NCBI GenBank assembly: GCA_963737655.1
Contig: CAVTTN010000002.1
Location: forward strand, 4,608,001-4,672,000
DNA length: 64,000 bases
Reading direction: 5' to 3'
From: an uncultured Planctomycetota bacterium
GTDB taxonomy: Bacteria; Planctomycetota; Planctomycetia; Isosphaerales; Isosphaeraceae
Shown here: positions 8,658-18,954 of the stretch, in pieces
Numbering within the stretch: position 1 is the first letter of the stretch
How the letters are laid out: every line of letters starts with the position of its first letter
Notes under the pieces: model-generated
What the model was told of the DNA's origin: nothing
The model's database searches: none
What the model saw: the letters and a program-made list of their open reading frames with translations, nothing else
Position numbers and translations under genes: made by a program

Positions 8658-10673
8658 TCACACGGCCACGGCCGGGGCCGGCTCGTCGGCCTCCTCGCGG
8701 GTCTTGTAGTCGGCCGGGAGGCGATTGCCGGCGTACTCGGGCGCGGTCCACGTCGGGAGGTCGCAGAGGCCGCCTCCGCAATACAGGTGGTGCCAGAGCT
8801 GGATCGAGACCACGCTGGTCAGGCCCAGGTCCATCACGAACCGGCGGAGCGTGACTCGCGGCATCATCCTCTGCCGGGAGACCTCGCGGAGGACCGATTT
8901 CGGGTCAAAATACCCCGTCTCCTTCAGCGATTCGGGGCTGAGGAGCTGATCGACCCATTTCGGCCGATGGGGCCCGAGGAAGGTTTGCGAGAGGCTGGAC
9001 CGGAACATCGTCTTGGGCCGGTTGGCGATCCGGTTCGGCAGGGTCTTGGCCGCGACCTGCCGCAAGATCCATTTCTCGGTCCGGCCGTGGAGCTTGTACT
9101 CGGGGGCGATCCCCGCGCAGAACTGGATCACGTCGTCATCGAGGAACGGGTAACGGGCCTCGACCGAGTTATGCATGGCCACGCGGTCGCCCTTGGCCAT
9201 CATCAACAGGCCCGCGAGCATCATCTTGTAGCCGACGTAGAGCGACTGGTTCAGCGGGTGCCAGCGGCCGATGCGGTCGTTGGAGATGTCCAGGTCTTCA
9301 TATGGCGTGTGCGCGCCCAGGCGGTTCCACATCGACTGGTCGTAGAGCAGCGGCCGGGCCTGGCCGATCAGGTCGTAGAGCTCCTGCTGGGCGGGCCGGA
9401 CGCCTCGCATCGGCCGGAGGTCGGCGCGGTGCTCGGCCCCTCCGCCGACGAGGCCCAGGATCAGCCCCCGGAAGGCGTTCAGGGGCGACCGGCCGATCCG
9501 TTTCAGGAGCCGTTCCTTGAACATCTGCCCCTTGAACCAGACGTAGCCGGCCAGGGCCTCGTCGGCCCCCTCGCCCGTGAGGGCGACCTTGTATCCCTGG
9601 TCGTGGACGGCGCCGGCCAGCCTCATCAGGGCGGCGCACGAGGTGTCCATCACCGGACCTTCGGCGGCGGTGACGAGCTCGGGGAACGCCTCGGCGACGC
9701 TCGCCTTGTTCATCGTGACGGTCGTCAGAGGCGATCCCAGGACGTTCGCCGCCTCGGTGGACTCGGCCCGTTCGTCCGGGCCGGCCTTGTCGAATCCGAT
9801 CGTGAACGAGGGGACGGCGCGGCCTCTCTGGCGTGAGCTCAGGCCGAGGACGACCGTCGAATCCAGCCCCCCGCTGATGTAGCTGACGACCGGCACGTCG
9901 CCGCGGAGCCGGCGCTCGACAGCCTGCCTGAGGAGGTGTTCGAGCTCGTCCACCAGGGGGGCGGGGTCGGTCATCCGGCGTTCCTCGCCGGCATCGGGGA
10001 AGTCCAGGTCCCAGTACTGGTGCATGGAGACCCGGCCGTCGCGGACCCTGAGGAAGTGGCCCGGAGGCAGGCACTTCACGCCCTCGAAGCAGGTGCGCCT
10101 GGTGCTGGCGCAGAAGAACGAGAAGAAGTAGTCGAGCCCGGCGGGGTCCGGCCGGGCGTCCACCAGCCCGCTGGAGAGCAACGCCTTGATCTCCGAGCCC
10201 CAGAGGAGCCAGCCGTCTCGCTCGGCGTAGTAGAGCGGGCAGATGCCGACGCGGTCCCGGCCGAGGATCAGGGTCCGGGTGTTGCGGTCCCACAGGGAGA
10301 CGGCGAACTGGCCCCGGGCCCGGGCGAACATCCCCTCGTGGTGGTCCTCGTAGAGGTGGACCCACGCCTCGGTGTCGCAGCGGGTGGCGAGGTGGTGGCC
10401 TCGGGCGAGGAGGTCGTGGCGGAGCTCGGGGTACTCGAAGAGCTCGCCGTTGAAGGCGACCCAGATCGATCCGTCCTCGTTGGAGAGCGGCTGGCGGCCG
10501 CCGGCCAGGTCGATGATCGACAGCCGACGGGCCCCGAGGGCCACGCCCGGCTCCTGGTGGACCTGCTCGTCATCGGGGCCGCGATGGGCGATCGCCCCGG
10601 TCATCGCCAGGAGGCGATCGGTGGAGAAGTCCCGCCTCCCGGACAGGTCGAACGCGCCGGCGATTCCGCACAT
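8658..10673 (-). CDS. asnB: Asparagine synthase (glutamine-hydrolysing) family amidotransferase
   Basis: MCGIAG Ntn start, HRGPD, RRLSIIDL, SGGLDS, GEGADE, EARYPFLD. Confidence 0.93.
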   Translation of the reverse strand: MCGIAGAFDLSGRRDFSTDRLLAMTGAIAHRGPDDEQVHQEPGVALGARRLSIIDLAGGRQPLSNEDGSIWVAFNGELFEYPELRHDLLARGHHLATRCDTEAWVHLYEDHHEGMFARARGQFAVSLWDRNTRTLILGRDRVGICPLYYAERDGWLLWGSEIKALLSSGLVDARPDPAGLDYFFSFFCASTRRTCFEGVKCLPPGHFLRVRDGRVSMHQYWDLDFPDAGEERRMTDPAPLVDELEHLLRQAVERRLRGDVPVVSYISGGLDSTVVLGLSSRQRGRAVPSFTIGFDKAGPDERAESTEAANVLGSPLTTVTMNKASVAEAFPELVTAAEGPVMDTSCAALMRLAGAVHDQGYKVALTGEGADEALAGYVWFKGQMFKERLLKRIGRSPLNAFRGLILGLVGGGAEHRADLRPMRGVRPAQQELYDLIGQARPLLYDQSMWNRLGAHTPYEDLDISNDRIGRWHPLNQSLYVGYKMMLAGLLMMAKGDRVAMHNSVEARYPFLDDDVIQFCAGIAPEYKLHGRTEKWILRQVAAKTLPNRIANRPKTMFRSSLSQTFLGPHRPKWVDQLLSPESLKETGYFDPKSVLREVSRQRMMPRVTLRRFVMDLGLTSVVSIQLWHHLYCGGGLCDLPTWTAPEYAGNRLPADYKTREEADEPAPAVAV

Positions 10674-10840
10674 GGTGATCTAGGCTCCGAGAAAGGGCGA
10701 AGACGCGCCGGGAGAGGGCGGCCTCGACGGTCCTGGGCGTCCGGGGCGAATTCCCGTCAACCCTACCCCATTCTACCCGACCCGACCCCCGGGAAGCGAA
10801 TTCCGGAGGGGCCGAGGACGGCCCGGCCGCTCCGGGCCGC

Positions 10841-10999
10841 TCAATCGGCGCGATCGGACTTCGCCGCGAGCTTCACGCCGCCCTGGGCCCGACGGCGCTT
10901 GCGGGCTCGGCGATAGGCCCAGCCTCCCTGGAAGGCGACCCAGCCTCCTCCGAGCCGGAAGAGGACGCCTCGGACGCCGACCGGGACATAAAATGCCAT
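10841..10999 (-). CDS. Possible 52-aa small protein overlapping the nitrilase 3' end
   Basis: ATG 10999 with GAGG upstream; hydrophobic/aromatic N-half then basic RRARKRRR. Confidence 0.4.
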   Translation of the reverse strand: MAFYVPVGVRGVLFRLGGGWVAFQGGWAYRRARKRRRAQGGVKLAAKSDRAD

Positions 11000-11811
11000 G
11001 ACTTCGGGCCTCGCTTCGAATGGAGGGTGATCTCGCCGAGCAAAACCTCTTCGCCCGATCCCGCCTGGTGGCGACCCGAGTGCCGGCCGTCGGCGATCCG
11101 GCTCGACCCGGCGAAGTCGTCGCGGATCGAGTCGCGGAGGAGGTTGCCGAGGTACGGGACGATCGTCCGGGTCTCGCCGCACTGGTTCGCGAAGACCACC
11201 GGGATGCCCAGGTCCGCCGCCACCTTCTCCGGGATCGTCCCGGCGAGCGGCCCGACGTGGCCGAACAGCCAGTGCCTCACCCCGCTGAGCCGGCAGGTGA
11301 ACCGGGGCCACGCCGAGGCGATCAGGGCCAGGTCGATCCGGTCGCGATAGTCGTCCCAGACCCGCCGATAGATCATGTCCGCGCAGATCGAGAGCCCAAC
11401 CCGTCCGAACGGGGTCTTGACCACGAGGGGCTCGGTCCCCTTGCGGAACCGGAACGGCTCCCAGAAGACGAGGTTCCGCTTGCGGTAGCAGTCGATGCAG
11501 CCGTCGGGCTGGATCAGGGCCATCGCGTCGTAGAGGTCGGGGCCGTCGCTCTCGACGAATCCCAGGGCGATGGTCATCCCCCAGGCCCGGGCCCGATCGG
11601 CCATGAGGCGGAGGGTGGGACCGTCCCGGGGCTCGGCCAGCGGCCCGAAATCGTCGAGGAACCCGTAGCCGGAGAGGCACATCTCGGGCAGGACGGCCAG
11701 CTCGGCCCCGGCGTCGCGGGCCTGCTTCAGGAGGTGTTCGACGCGCCCGAGGTTGGCGGCGATGGACCCGGGCTCGGCGGCCATCTGGATTGCGGCGGCG
11801 GCGATCTTCAA
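10873..11811 (-). CDS. Carbon-nitrogen hydrolase (nitrilase) family protein
   Basis: AAIQM start region, VLPE (Glu), YRKRNL (Lys), ICAD (Cys) triad motifs; TTG start 11811 inferred. Confidence 0.88.
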   Translation of the reverse strand: MKIAAAAIQMAAEPGSIAANLGRVEHLLKQARDAGAELAVLPEMCLSGYGFLDDFGPLAEPRDGPTLRLMADRARAWGMTIALGFVESDGPDLYDAMALIQPDGCIDCYRKRNLVFWEPFRFRKGTEPLVVKTPFGRVGLSICADMIYRRVWDDYRDRIDLALIASAWPRFTCRLSGVRHWLFGHVGPLAGTIPEKVAADLGIPVVFANQCGETRTIVPYLGNLLRDSIRDDFAGSSRIADGRHSGRHQAGSGEEVLLGEITLHSKRGPKSWHFMSRSASEASSSGSEEAGSPSREAGPIAEPASAVGPRAA

Positions 11812-11846
11812 GGGCGTCTCTCCCGACGGGCCCGGCCCGTCGCCGA

Positions 11847-12341
11847 TCAATTCCAGGCGTTTCTCAGGTCGTCCATCTTGTCCTGGAACCATCCGAGGAG
11901 GCCCTTGCGTCTGGCGGGCAGCGGCTGCTGTCCTTGTATACGCAATCCCTGGGCCCGATCGAGCAATTGGTCCTGCGGGGGCGGAACGGCCGGCTCGATC
12001 TTGTAGTTGAACTCGCGCTCGTCCCGCAGGGTGAACGGGACGACGTTCTCGGTGAAGAAGTCGGTGAGGATGTTGTCCCACCAGGGGGCGTCGATCGGTT
12101 GGAGGATCTTCTTCTGGGTGCCGTCGGGGGCGATCAGGGTCACGTCGCGGGTGCCGTAATAGGTGAAGCTCTTGGACACCGGCGACGCGCCGATCTCCGC
12201 CCCGTTGACCAGCACGAGGGCCCCCGGCGGGTCGGTCCGGATCGTGTATCGGCGTTTCACGCACCCCGAAGCGCCCGAGGAGGCCAGCGCCGCCAGGGCG
12301 ATCGAGGCGACGACTCGGCCTCGCGATCCTCTGCCGCCCAT
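11847..12341 (-). CDS. PEGA-domain lipoprotein
   Basis: Lipobox-like ASGC, then RYTIRTDPPGALVLVNG. Confidence 0.8.
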   Translation of the reverse strand: MGGRGSRGRVVASIALAALASSGASGCVKRRYTIRTDPPGALVLVNGAEIGASPVSKSFTYYGTRDVTLIAPDGTQKKILQPIDAPWWDNILTDFFTENVVPFTLRDEREFNYKIEPAVPPPQDQLLDRAQGLRIQGQQPLPARRKGLLGWFQDKMDDLRNAWN

Positions 12342-12656
12342 CCTCGGCCTCCGTGCCCGGGCCCGTTCTCAACTCGGGGCGCATCCCGCGGTCGCCCCGT
12401 CCTCGGCCTCCTTGCCGGTCTCGGGCGCATCCTAGCCGAGAGCGACGATCCGAACAAGGCGGCTTGGGACGGGGACCGATTCCCCGCGGGCATCTTCGCG
12501 AAGATGTAAGCATGCCTTGGATGGAGGCGGGGCCCGCTCACGAGGCCCAACGCATGCCCCGCGGCCACGAGCCTTCGAGGCCGTGAGACCCCTTGGCGCG
12601 GCGGAGGCATGCTTGCCATGATGGCTTGCTTCCCGAACGGATTTGGAGCGCCTCCC

Positions 12657-14135
12657 ATGAGAGTGTCCGCCGCGATCGCCCCCCTGCAATCCGTCTCCTC
12701 GACCTGGCAGGCCGTCGGCCTCCACGAGGGCGAGCCGGTCCCCCCGGGCTTCCCGTTCCCCGAGATCGTCGGCCCTCTCCTGGAAACCAAGGACCTCTCG
12801 GGCGCGATCGGCGAGGCGGTGCCCCTGTTCGGGATCGGCCGCTCCGGCGGCTCGGTCCTCGTCTTCGGACTCGGTCCGAAGGGGACGTTCGACGCCGGGG
12901 CCGCCTTCCGCGCCGGGGTGGCGGTGGCGAAGAAGCTGGCCAGCCGCCAGCGATCGTCCGTCGCGATCGCGTTGCCCTCGTCGGCGGACCCGGCGGCGAT
13001 CGCCTCGGCCCTGGTGGAGGGGGCGATCGTCGGCACGGTCGGGCCGGGCCTGCGTAAGGCCGACCCGGGCCGCCACCCGTTCGAGTCGCTGATCCTGGTC
13101 GCGCCCCCGGGCGCCGACCTGGACGAGGGGGCGCTGGGCCGGGCCGTGGCCCGGGGCCGGGTCGTCGGCGAGGCGGTGAATCTTGCCCGGACCCTGGCCA
13201 ATCTGCCCCCGGCCGAGAAGGCCCCGGTCGATCTCGCCCAGCGGTCGGCCGCCCTCGCCCGGGACGCCGGGCTTTCGGTCGAGGTCTGGGACCGCGATCG
13301 CCTGGTCGAGGAGCGATTCGGGGGCGTCCTGGCCGTGGCGGCCGGTTCGGACCAACCGCCGGCGTTCGTCGCCCTGGAACACCGGGGCGGAGGGGACTCG
13401 CCCGCGATCGCCTTGATCGGCAAGGGCGTGACGTTCGACTCCGGCGGCCTGTCGCTGAAGCCCTCGGCGTCGATGGAGGACATGAAATGCGACATGACCG
13501 GCGCGGCGGTGGTCCTGGCCGTCCTGCGGGCCGCCTCGCAGCTCCGGTTGCCGGTGAACGTCTCCGGCTACTTCGCCCTGACGGAGAACATGACCGGAGG
13601 CCGGGCGATGAAGCTGGGCGACGTCCTCTCGATGAGGAACGGCCTGACGGTCGAGGTCATGAATACCGACGCCGAAGGGCGGCTCGTCCTGGCCGACATC
13701 CTCACGTTCGCCTCGGAGCAGAAGCCGTCGCGGATGATCGACCTGGCCACGCTCACCGGGGCCTGCATGGTCGCCCTGGGGTCGAAGATCGCCGGGCTGT
13801 TCGCGAACGATCCCGCCCTGGCCGGCGAGATCCTCAACGCCTGTCGCGCCTCCGGGGAGAGGGCCTGGCGGATGCCGCTGGATGACGACTTCGCCGAGGG
13901 CCTCAAGAGCAAGGTCGCCGACGTCAAGAATGTCGGCGGGAAGTACGGCGGGGCGATCACCGCGGCGAAGTTCCTCCAGAAGTTCGTGGGCGAGACCCCC
14001 TGGGCGCACCTGGACATCGCCGGGCCGAGCTGGGCCGACGACGATTCGGCGACCCGCGACGCCGGCGGGACCGGATGCTTCGTGCGGACGTTGATCGCCC
14101 TGCTGGAAGCCGCAGGCAGTTCGAGCGCGGCCTGA
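12657..14135 (+). CDS. pepA: Leucyl aminopeptidase (M17)
   Basis: GKGVTFDSGG, MKCDMTG, NTDAEGRL, DLATLTGA, WAHLDIAG; GGAG RBS. Confidence 0.95.
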   Translation: MRVSAAIAPLQSVSSTWQAVGLHEGEPVPPGFPFPEIVGPLLETKDLSGAIGEAVPLFGIGRSGGSVLVFGLGPKGTFDAGAAFRAGVAVAKKLASRQRSSVAIALPSSADPAAIASALVEGAIVGTVGPGLRKADPGRHPFESLILVAPPGADLDEGALGRAVARGRVVGEAVNLARTLANLPPAEKAPVDLAQRSAALARDAGLSVEVWDRDRLVEERFGGVLAVAAGSDQPPAFVALEHRGGGDSPAIALIGKGVTFDSGGLSLKPSASMEDMKCDMTGAAVVLAVLRAASQLRLPVNVSGYFALTENMTGGRAMKLGDVLSMRNGLTVEVMNTDAEGRLVLADILTFASEQKPSRMIDLATLTGACMVALGSKIAGLFANDPALAGEILNACRASGERAWRMPLDDDFAEGLKSKVADVKNVGGKYGGAITAAKFLQKFVGETPWAHLDIAGPSWADDDSATRDAGGTGCFVRTLIALLEAAGSSSAA

Positions 14136-14177
14136 GCGGTCGAAAGCGCGGGAGGCGAGCGAGATCGGGCGGGGAGG

Positions 14178-14630
14178 TCAGCCGGCCTGCGAGAGTCGGG
14201 TCGCGAACTGGCATTCGATCCGTCGGCTGTTGATGTCCAGCATCTCCAGGATGCGGAGCACCTCATCCATCTCGAGGTCCTCGTCGATCGCCCAGCAGAG
14301 GACGTCGAGGTTCTCCCACCGGGCCTTCAGTCTCCAGAGGATCTCGTCGATCAGGTCCGAGTCCTGGAATTCGCGCTGGAGGAGGCCGAAATCGTCGTGG
14401 TCGAGCTCGATCCAGAAGGTGCGGCCCTGGAGGTGTTCGAGCCATCGGTCGCGGAGGAAGCCGTTCCAGTGCTCGCGGACCCACCGGCGTATGGCCCACT
14501 CTCCCAGGTCCCGGCCCGCCTTCTCGCTCTCGATCCACTTGAACTGAAGGGCTTCCACTTCGCCCTGGATGTGGATGCTCTGCCGGGACGACGTCCTCGT
14601 CGCGAGCGTCATCGGACTACATTGACACAT
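14178..14630 (-). CDS. Conserved hypothetical protein (DUF4032-like)
   Basis: KWIESEKAGRDLG...AIRRW motif; GAGG RBS. Confidence 0.7.
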   Translation of the reverse strand: MCQCSPMTLATRTSSRQSIHIQGEVEALQFKWIESEKAGRDLGEWAIRRWVREHWNGFLRDRWLEHLQGRTFWIELDHDDFGLLQREFQDSDLIDEILWRLKARWENLDVLCWAIDEDLEMDEVLRILEMLDINSRRIECQFATRLSQAG

Positions 14631-14890
14631 CGAGACCTCCCTCAGCCCGGTGGCCTTCGCCGTGTATCGAGGCCGATTCTAGCCGTCGGCCCGGAAACGA
14701 CAAGGCGGATCGGAGCCGAGATCATCATCGCGACAACCCGGGGCGGCGGGCCGTCGTCCGAGGAAGCGAACCCGGGCTCTAGAATACCTTACGGTCCGAC
14801 CCTAACCGATTGTTGAGGACATTGCAAGAATTGTGCCATTTTCATCGATACATTCAAGCCGATCAATCCATGACAGACGTCGAGACCGCC

Positions 14891-16854
14891 TTAATTGTCT
14901 CGGGGACCCTCGCCGAACCAGGCCAATTCCCGGCCGATGAAGACCGCCACACCCTGCGGAGACGCCGCGAGGGGGCCCAGAGTCCCTTCCGCCACGGCGC
15001 GCCATCGCACCTTGCCACTCAACTCCGAACAAATGAGATGGACGCCTTGCCGGGTGATGCGGATCGCCTCGCCGTCGGGCCCGGGCACGAATTCGCTGGG
15101 AGCGTCCTCGGCCTTGCCCTGGCCGCGGAGGTGGCCGGTGCCGTCGTAGGATAGGGCCCGGCCGTCGGGTGCGGTCACGACGACCCGTTTGCCGATCCTG
15201 AGGAGTTGCCAGCCCTCCCAGACCACCGGCGTCTCCCACATGACCTGGCCGTCGAGCGTGTGGCCTCGGAGGACTTGCTCGCGACGGGCCAGGGTGACCC
15301 AGGCGAGCCCGGGAGGGGCCTCGGCCGGGGCCGCCACCAGGCAGAGCGGCTCGGCCGGCTCGGACCGGTACATCCCGGCGGGTTCGCCGGCGGCATCGAG
15401 GATGCGCAGAGTCCCGCCGTCGTCGGTCAGGGCCACGAGGTTCCCCGAGCCCAGCGCCAGGTCTTCCACGGGGCTCCTCAATTCCTGCCGCCAGACCCAC
15501 CGGCCGGCGATCGTGGCCCGGCCCACGCGGTCCCGTTCCTGGACGATCGCCATGCCGAACGTGTCGGGCCGGAGCGCCAGGTGCGTGAGATTCACGAGGT
15601 TCAGGTCGAGCCGATTGGTCCCGTGGCGGCGGGCGTCGTAGACGACGAGGTTGCGGTCCGTCGCCGAGACGATCCAGCCCGGGGCGGTCCTCAGGATGCG
15701 GCCGACTCCGGCGCAATCGGGGGCCTGGCCGAGGAGTTCCGCCTCCGTGGTGAACACTTGAAGACGCGAGGTGTTCGGGAACACGCCGATCCGGGGCGGA
15801 TCGTCGAGGATGGCCAGGACGGCCGTCTCGGCCTGGTCGTCGGACTGGGCCAAGGAGACCGTCCAATCGGGCCGGCGGACCGTGCCCGACCGCTCTCCGC
15901 TGGCCCGGGCCGCCGCCGCGGCGGGACGCTTCGGCGGGGTCGGCGGCTTCGAGCCATCGAAGTCCATCCGAACGATCTCGCCCGTCGAATGCCCATAGTA
16001 GAGGAACCGCCCCAAGGCGTCGACTTCCAGCGCGATGGCCGGGCGATTCAACGTCGTCTTCCACTTCACGTTGCCGCCGGAATTCAGGAGCAGCAGGTCG
16101 CCCTCGGTCGTGGCCACGGCGAACGACCGGCCGACGAAGTCGGGGACGGCGTGGGCGGCGGTCCCTCCGAGGTGATAGGAACCCTCGTTCACGCCCTGGA
16201 GGTCGTACCTCTGGACGCCGTGGGTGAAGCACGAGGTCAAGACCATCCCGCCATCGCCGCTGACGGCGAGGCGGCCGACGTTCGACGACAGCTTCTCCTC
16301 CCAGATCACCTCCGGATCGAGCCCCCCGGCGGCGGTCTCCCCCAGTTCGATGGCCGCGAGCAGGCCGTAAGTCGCCGCGCCGAGCAGGAGCGGCTGGGAC
16401 GGGACGAACCGGAGGTGAGCCAGCCCCTGGCGGGTCTCCACCTTGCCGGCGGGCTTGCCGTGGCGGGTGAAGAACGCGGTCTCCGGCCCCTTCGACCCCA
16501 CGGCCACGAATCGGCCGTGAGGGTCGATCGTCACCGAGACGGCATCGCTCGGCCCGGGGCGATCGTCCACCGGGTCGAGCTCGGCCCGAGGAACAGGAGC
16601 CGGGATTTCGGCAGGAGCAGGGCCGCGAGCGAGCCGTCGTCGCTGATCGCCGCCGAGACGATCTTGTCCGGGGCCCGGGAGGTCAGCCGCCGTTCGCCGT
16701 CGGGTCCGATCAGATAGAGATGGCCGCCCTCGTCCCAGGCCAGCAACAGCCCGGCCTCGCGAGCCAGGGCCAGGCCGAGCAACGGGGCGTCGGTCAAGAC
16801 GGTCCAGGACCGCGAAACGTCCATCCGGGAAGTCGGGCGAGGGCCGTCGGCCAT
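14891..16854 (-). CDS. WD40/PQQ-like beta-propeller protein, frameshifted near 16575
   Basis: ORFs 16531-16854 and 14891-16570 join into one repeat-rich propeller sequence (AISDDGS, AVSGDGG, W-ending strands). Confidence 0.72.
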
Positions 16855-16891
16855 GTCTTGAGTCTACAGCACTCGCGGCGATTTGGGAATT

Positions 16892-16968
16892 CTCGCCGAA
16901 TTCGATCGTCGGCGCCTCGGCCCTTCGCCCGAGACCTTCGCCGCGAGCCGTCCGGTGGCGGGCACGTC
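16892..16968. repeat. Duplicated fragment of the S41 peptidase 3' region (other copy 19030-19107)
   Basis: 77/78-bp direct repeat with about 4 mismatches and 1 gap; encodes DVPATGRL(A/S)AKVSG. Confidence 0.85.
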
Positions 16969-17941
16969 GAGGTCTTCAAGGTGACCGACGATTCCGAAAC
17001 GATCACGTGGCGTGGCATTTCGTACAACCTGATTCGATCCGCGATCGCCGGGCGTCCTGAAATGACTTCGGCGGCGGCGGACCGGGTTGGGTTCGTCCAT
17101 GCTTCGCATGGGCTGCGGGTCCTGGGGACGGCGCCCGCCTTCGGCCGGACCACGACCGAGCTGGGGGCCGCAACCTTTGTCTCCGAGGAGAGTACCCCGC
17201 TCCGTCCTCCCCATTCGACCGATCGGAAACCTCTTTCGCAACACATTGCGATCCAAGAACCCCATTTTCGGTGATTTCCAGGTCCTCCGCGCCCCTCTCC
17301 TCGACTTGAGGGTTACGCACAATTGTTCCTCAGATGCACCACCGTATTCCAACCACTTGACTCAAATGCTTCACGTTCCCGACCGATTCGTGACACAAGA
17401 ACCCAAACCACCCCGCGGAGGACGATAAATTCGACCAATGGAATGGTAAAGCACGATCCATCACACAAATCGCATGTTCAATCAAGTCATTCATCCCGAG
17501 GCGGCCCTGACGCAAGGTTCTGCCTGAATTGGACATCGGTCTCGATTCCTCCTGGACCGCAGCGACCGCCTTCGTGCTCCGGGTCGAGGAGTTTCTATCT
17601 CAATATGACTAAAATGCGGATGTAAAATCTGTTTTTATCTTGCGAAAGGGGTCGGCCTCGGTCATCATCGTCCCAGGCCAGCTCCTTCGCCGGGGAGTTG
17701 GCGTCCGCCGAGGCGGCTTTGGGGAATGTTCCGACTCGATGTTGAGTCGCCCTGGAAATTCCCCTGACTCGCAGTTCGGGAATCCCGTCGCCGGTCGCCT
17801 GTCTGGGACGGGCCCGGATTGTCGTGTTTGAGACGGGGCCGTGACCAGTCGCGATCCTGCCTGCCGCCCGCCCGCTAGCACGATCCAGTTGTTCTGGTCG
17901 CTATAAAGTCCAAGCCACGCACCCCGAACGGAACCCACGCC

Positions 17942-18616
17942 ATGCGCATCGCTCTGAGTCGCCTCCTCGCTCTCGGGATCGTCGGCCTGTCACTCACCGT
18001 GAGTGCTCGAGCCGACATGGTCACTTATTCCTTCACGGTCCCCGAGACGTCCGTCCCGTTCTCGACGACCCAGCCGCTTCAGCTGTTCAACACGAACCTG
18101 GGGACGCTGACGGGCGTCACGATCACGATCGACACGTCGGCCACCGCCTCGATCGTCGTCTACAATTTCAGCGGGGCCAGTCAGACCTTCACGAACGCCT
18201 CGGCCGACATCCCCGTCGAGGGGACCGGACCGGCCGGCGCGAACCTCACTGCGGAGCCCACGGCCTACCTGGCCTCGGGCACCATCGGATCGGGGGTTGG
18301 GCCTTACACCTACTCCGGACTGACGTCGACGGCCTCGAGCTCGGTGATGGTTCCTTCCGGGAGCTTCGCCGCCTATGAAGGTCCCGGCACGTTCTTCGCC
18401 GACTTCACGCTGGCCGCGCCCACGGGGACGTTCTCGGGGTCGTCGGCCCCGGGGGTCGCGTTCACAGGGATCGCCAAAGCGGGGGGCACCCTGAGTGTGA
18501 CCTACTCCTACAACTCCGTCCCCGAGCCGGCCAGCATGACGATCCTGGCGTCCGGGCTGGTTCTGGGCGGGATCTCTCGCTTCCGCAAGGGCCGCCGGAC
18601 CATCTCGGCCGTTTGA
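17942..18616 (+). CDS. PEP-CTERM sorted surface protein (choice-of-anchor-E-like)
   Basis: Signal peptide ending ARA; FNTNLGTLTGVTI; C-terminal VPEPAS + hydrophobic helix + RFRKGRR. Confidence 0.9.
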   Translation: MRIALSRLLALGIVGLSLTVSARADMVTYSFTVPETSVPFSTTQPLQLFNTNLGTLTGVTITIDTSATASIVVYNFSGASQTFTNASADIPVEGTGPAGANLTAEPTAYLASGTIGSGVGPYTYSGLTSTASSSVMVPSGSFAAYEGPGTFFADFTLAAPTGTFSGSSAPGVAFTGIAKAGGTLSVTYSYNSVPEPASMTILASGLVLGGISRFRKGRRTISAV

Positions 18617-18954
18617 TCGTTGCTGGCCCCACCAGGAGGCCGCCGACGGGGGGTGAGGAGAACGTCCCTTTCCCCGTCGGTTGACCCCTCGAGGCGTGGA
18701 TCGGAAAACCAGAGCCCTGGCGGATGCGACCGGCCGAGACACCGATCGGCCGAACGATCCTCAAGGTGGCCGCCGGAGGCTCGGAAGCGGCGACGTTCCG
18801 AGCCTCCGGGAAGAATTCCACGCGCGTCTCACCGAAGCCGTTCGAATCTCCCCGGGAAGGGACGGGCGACTTTGGTTGAGAGCGATTCCGGAGGGGAAGT
18901 CCTCCGCGATCGCGGGCTGTGGCCGTCCGGCTCGGACCGGCTTTTGGACGCCCT

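Noticed and set aside
8658..11000. asnB plus small peptide as a lasso-peptide cluster
   Set aside because: AsnB keeps its Cys-initiated glutaminase domain; no B1/B2 proteins or lasso leader motif are visible.
10873..12513. 546-aa ORF as a single protein
   Set aside because: Only the part from about 11811 is nitrilase-like; the rest overlaps the PEGA gene in another frame.
16864..17938. Several 70-180-aa ORFs in the AT-richer spacer
   Set aside because: No motifs or consistent codon bias; the only similarity is the duplicated S41 fragment.
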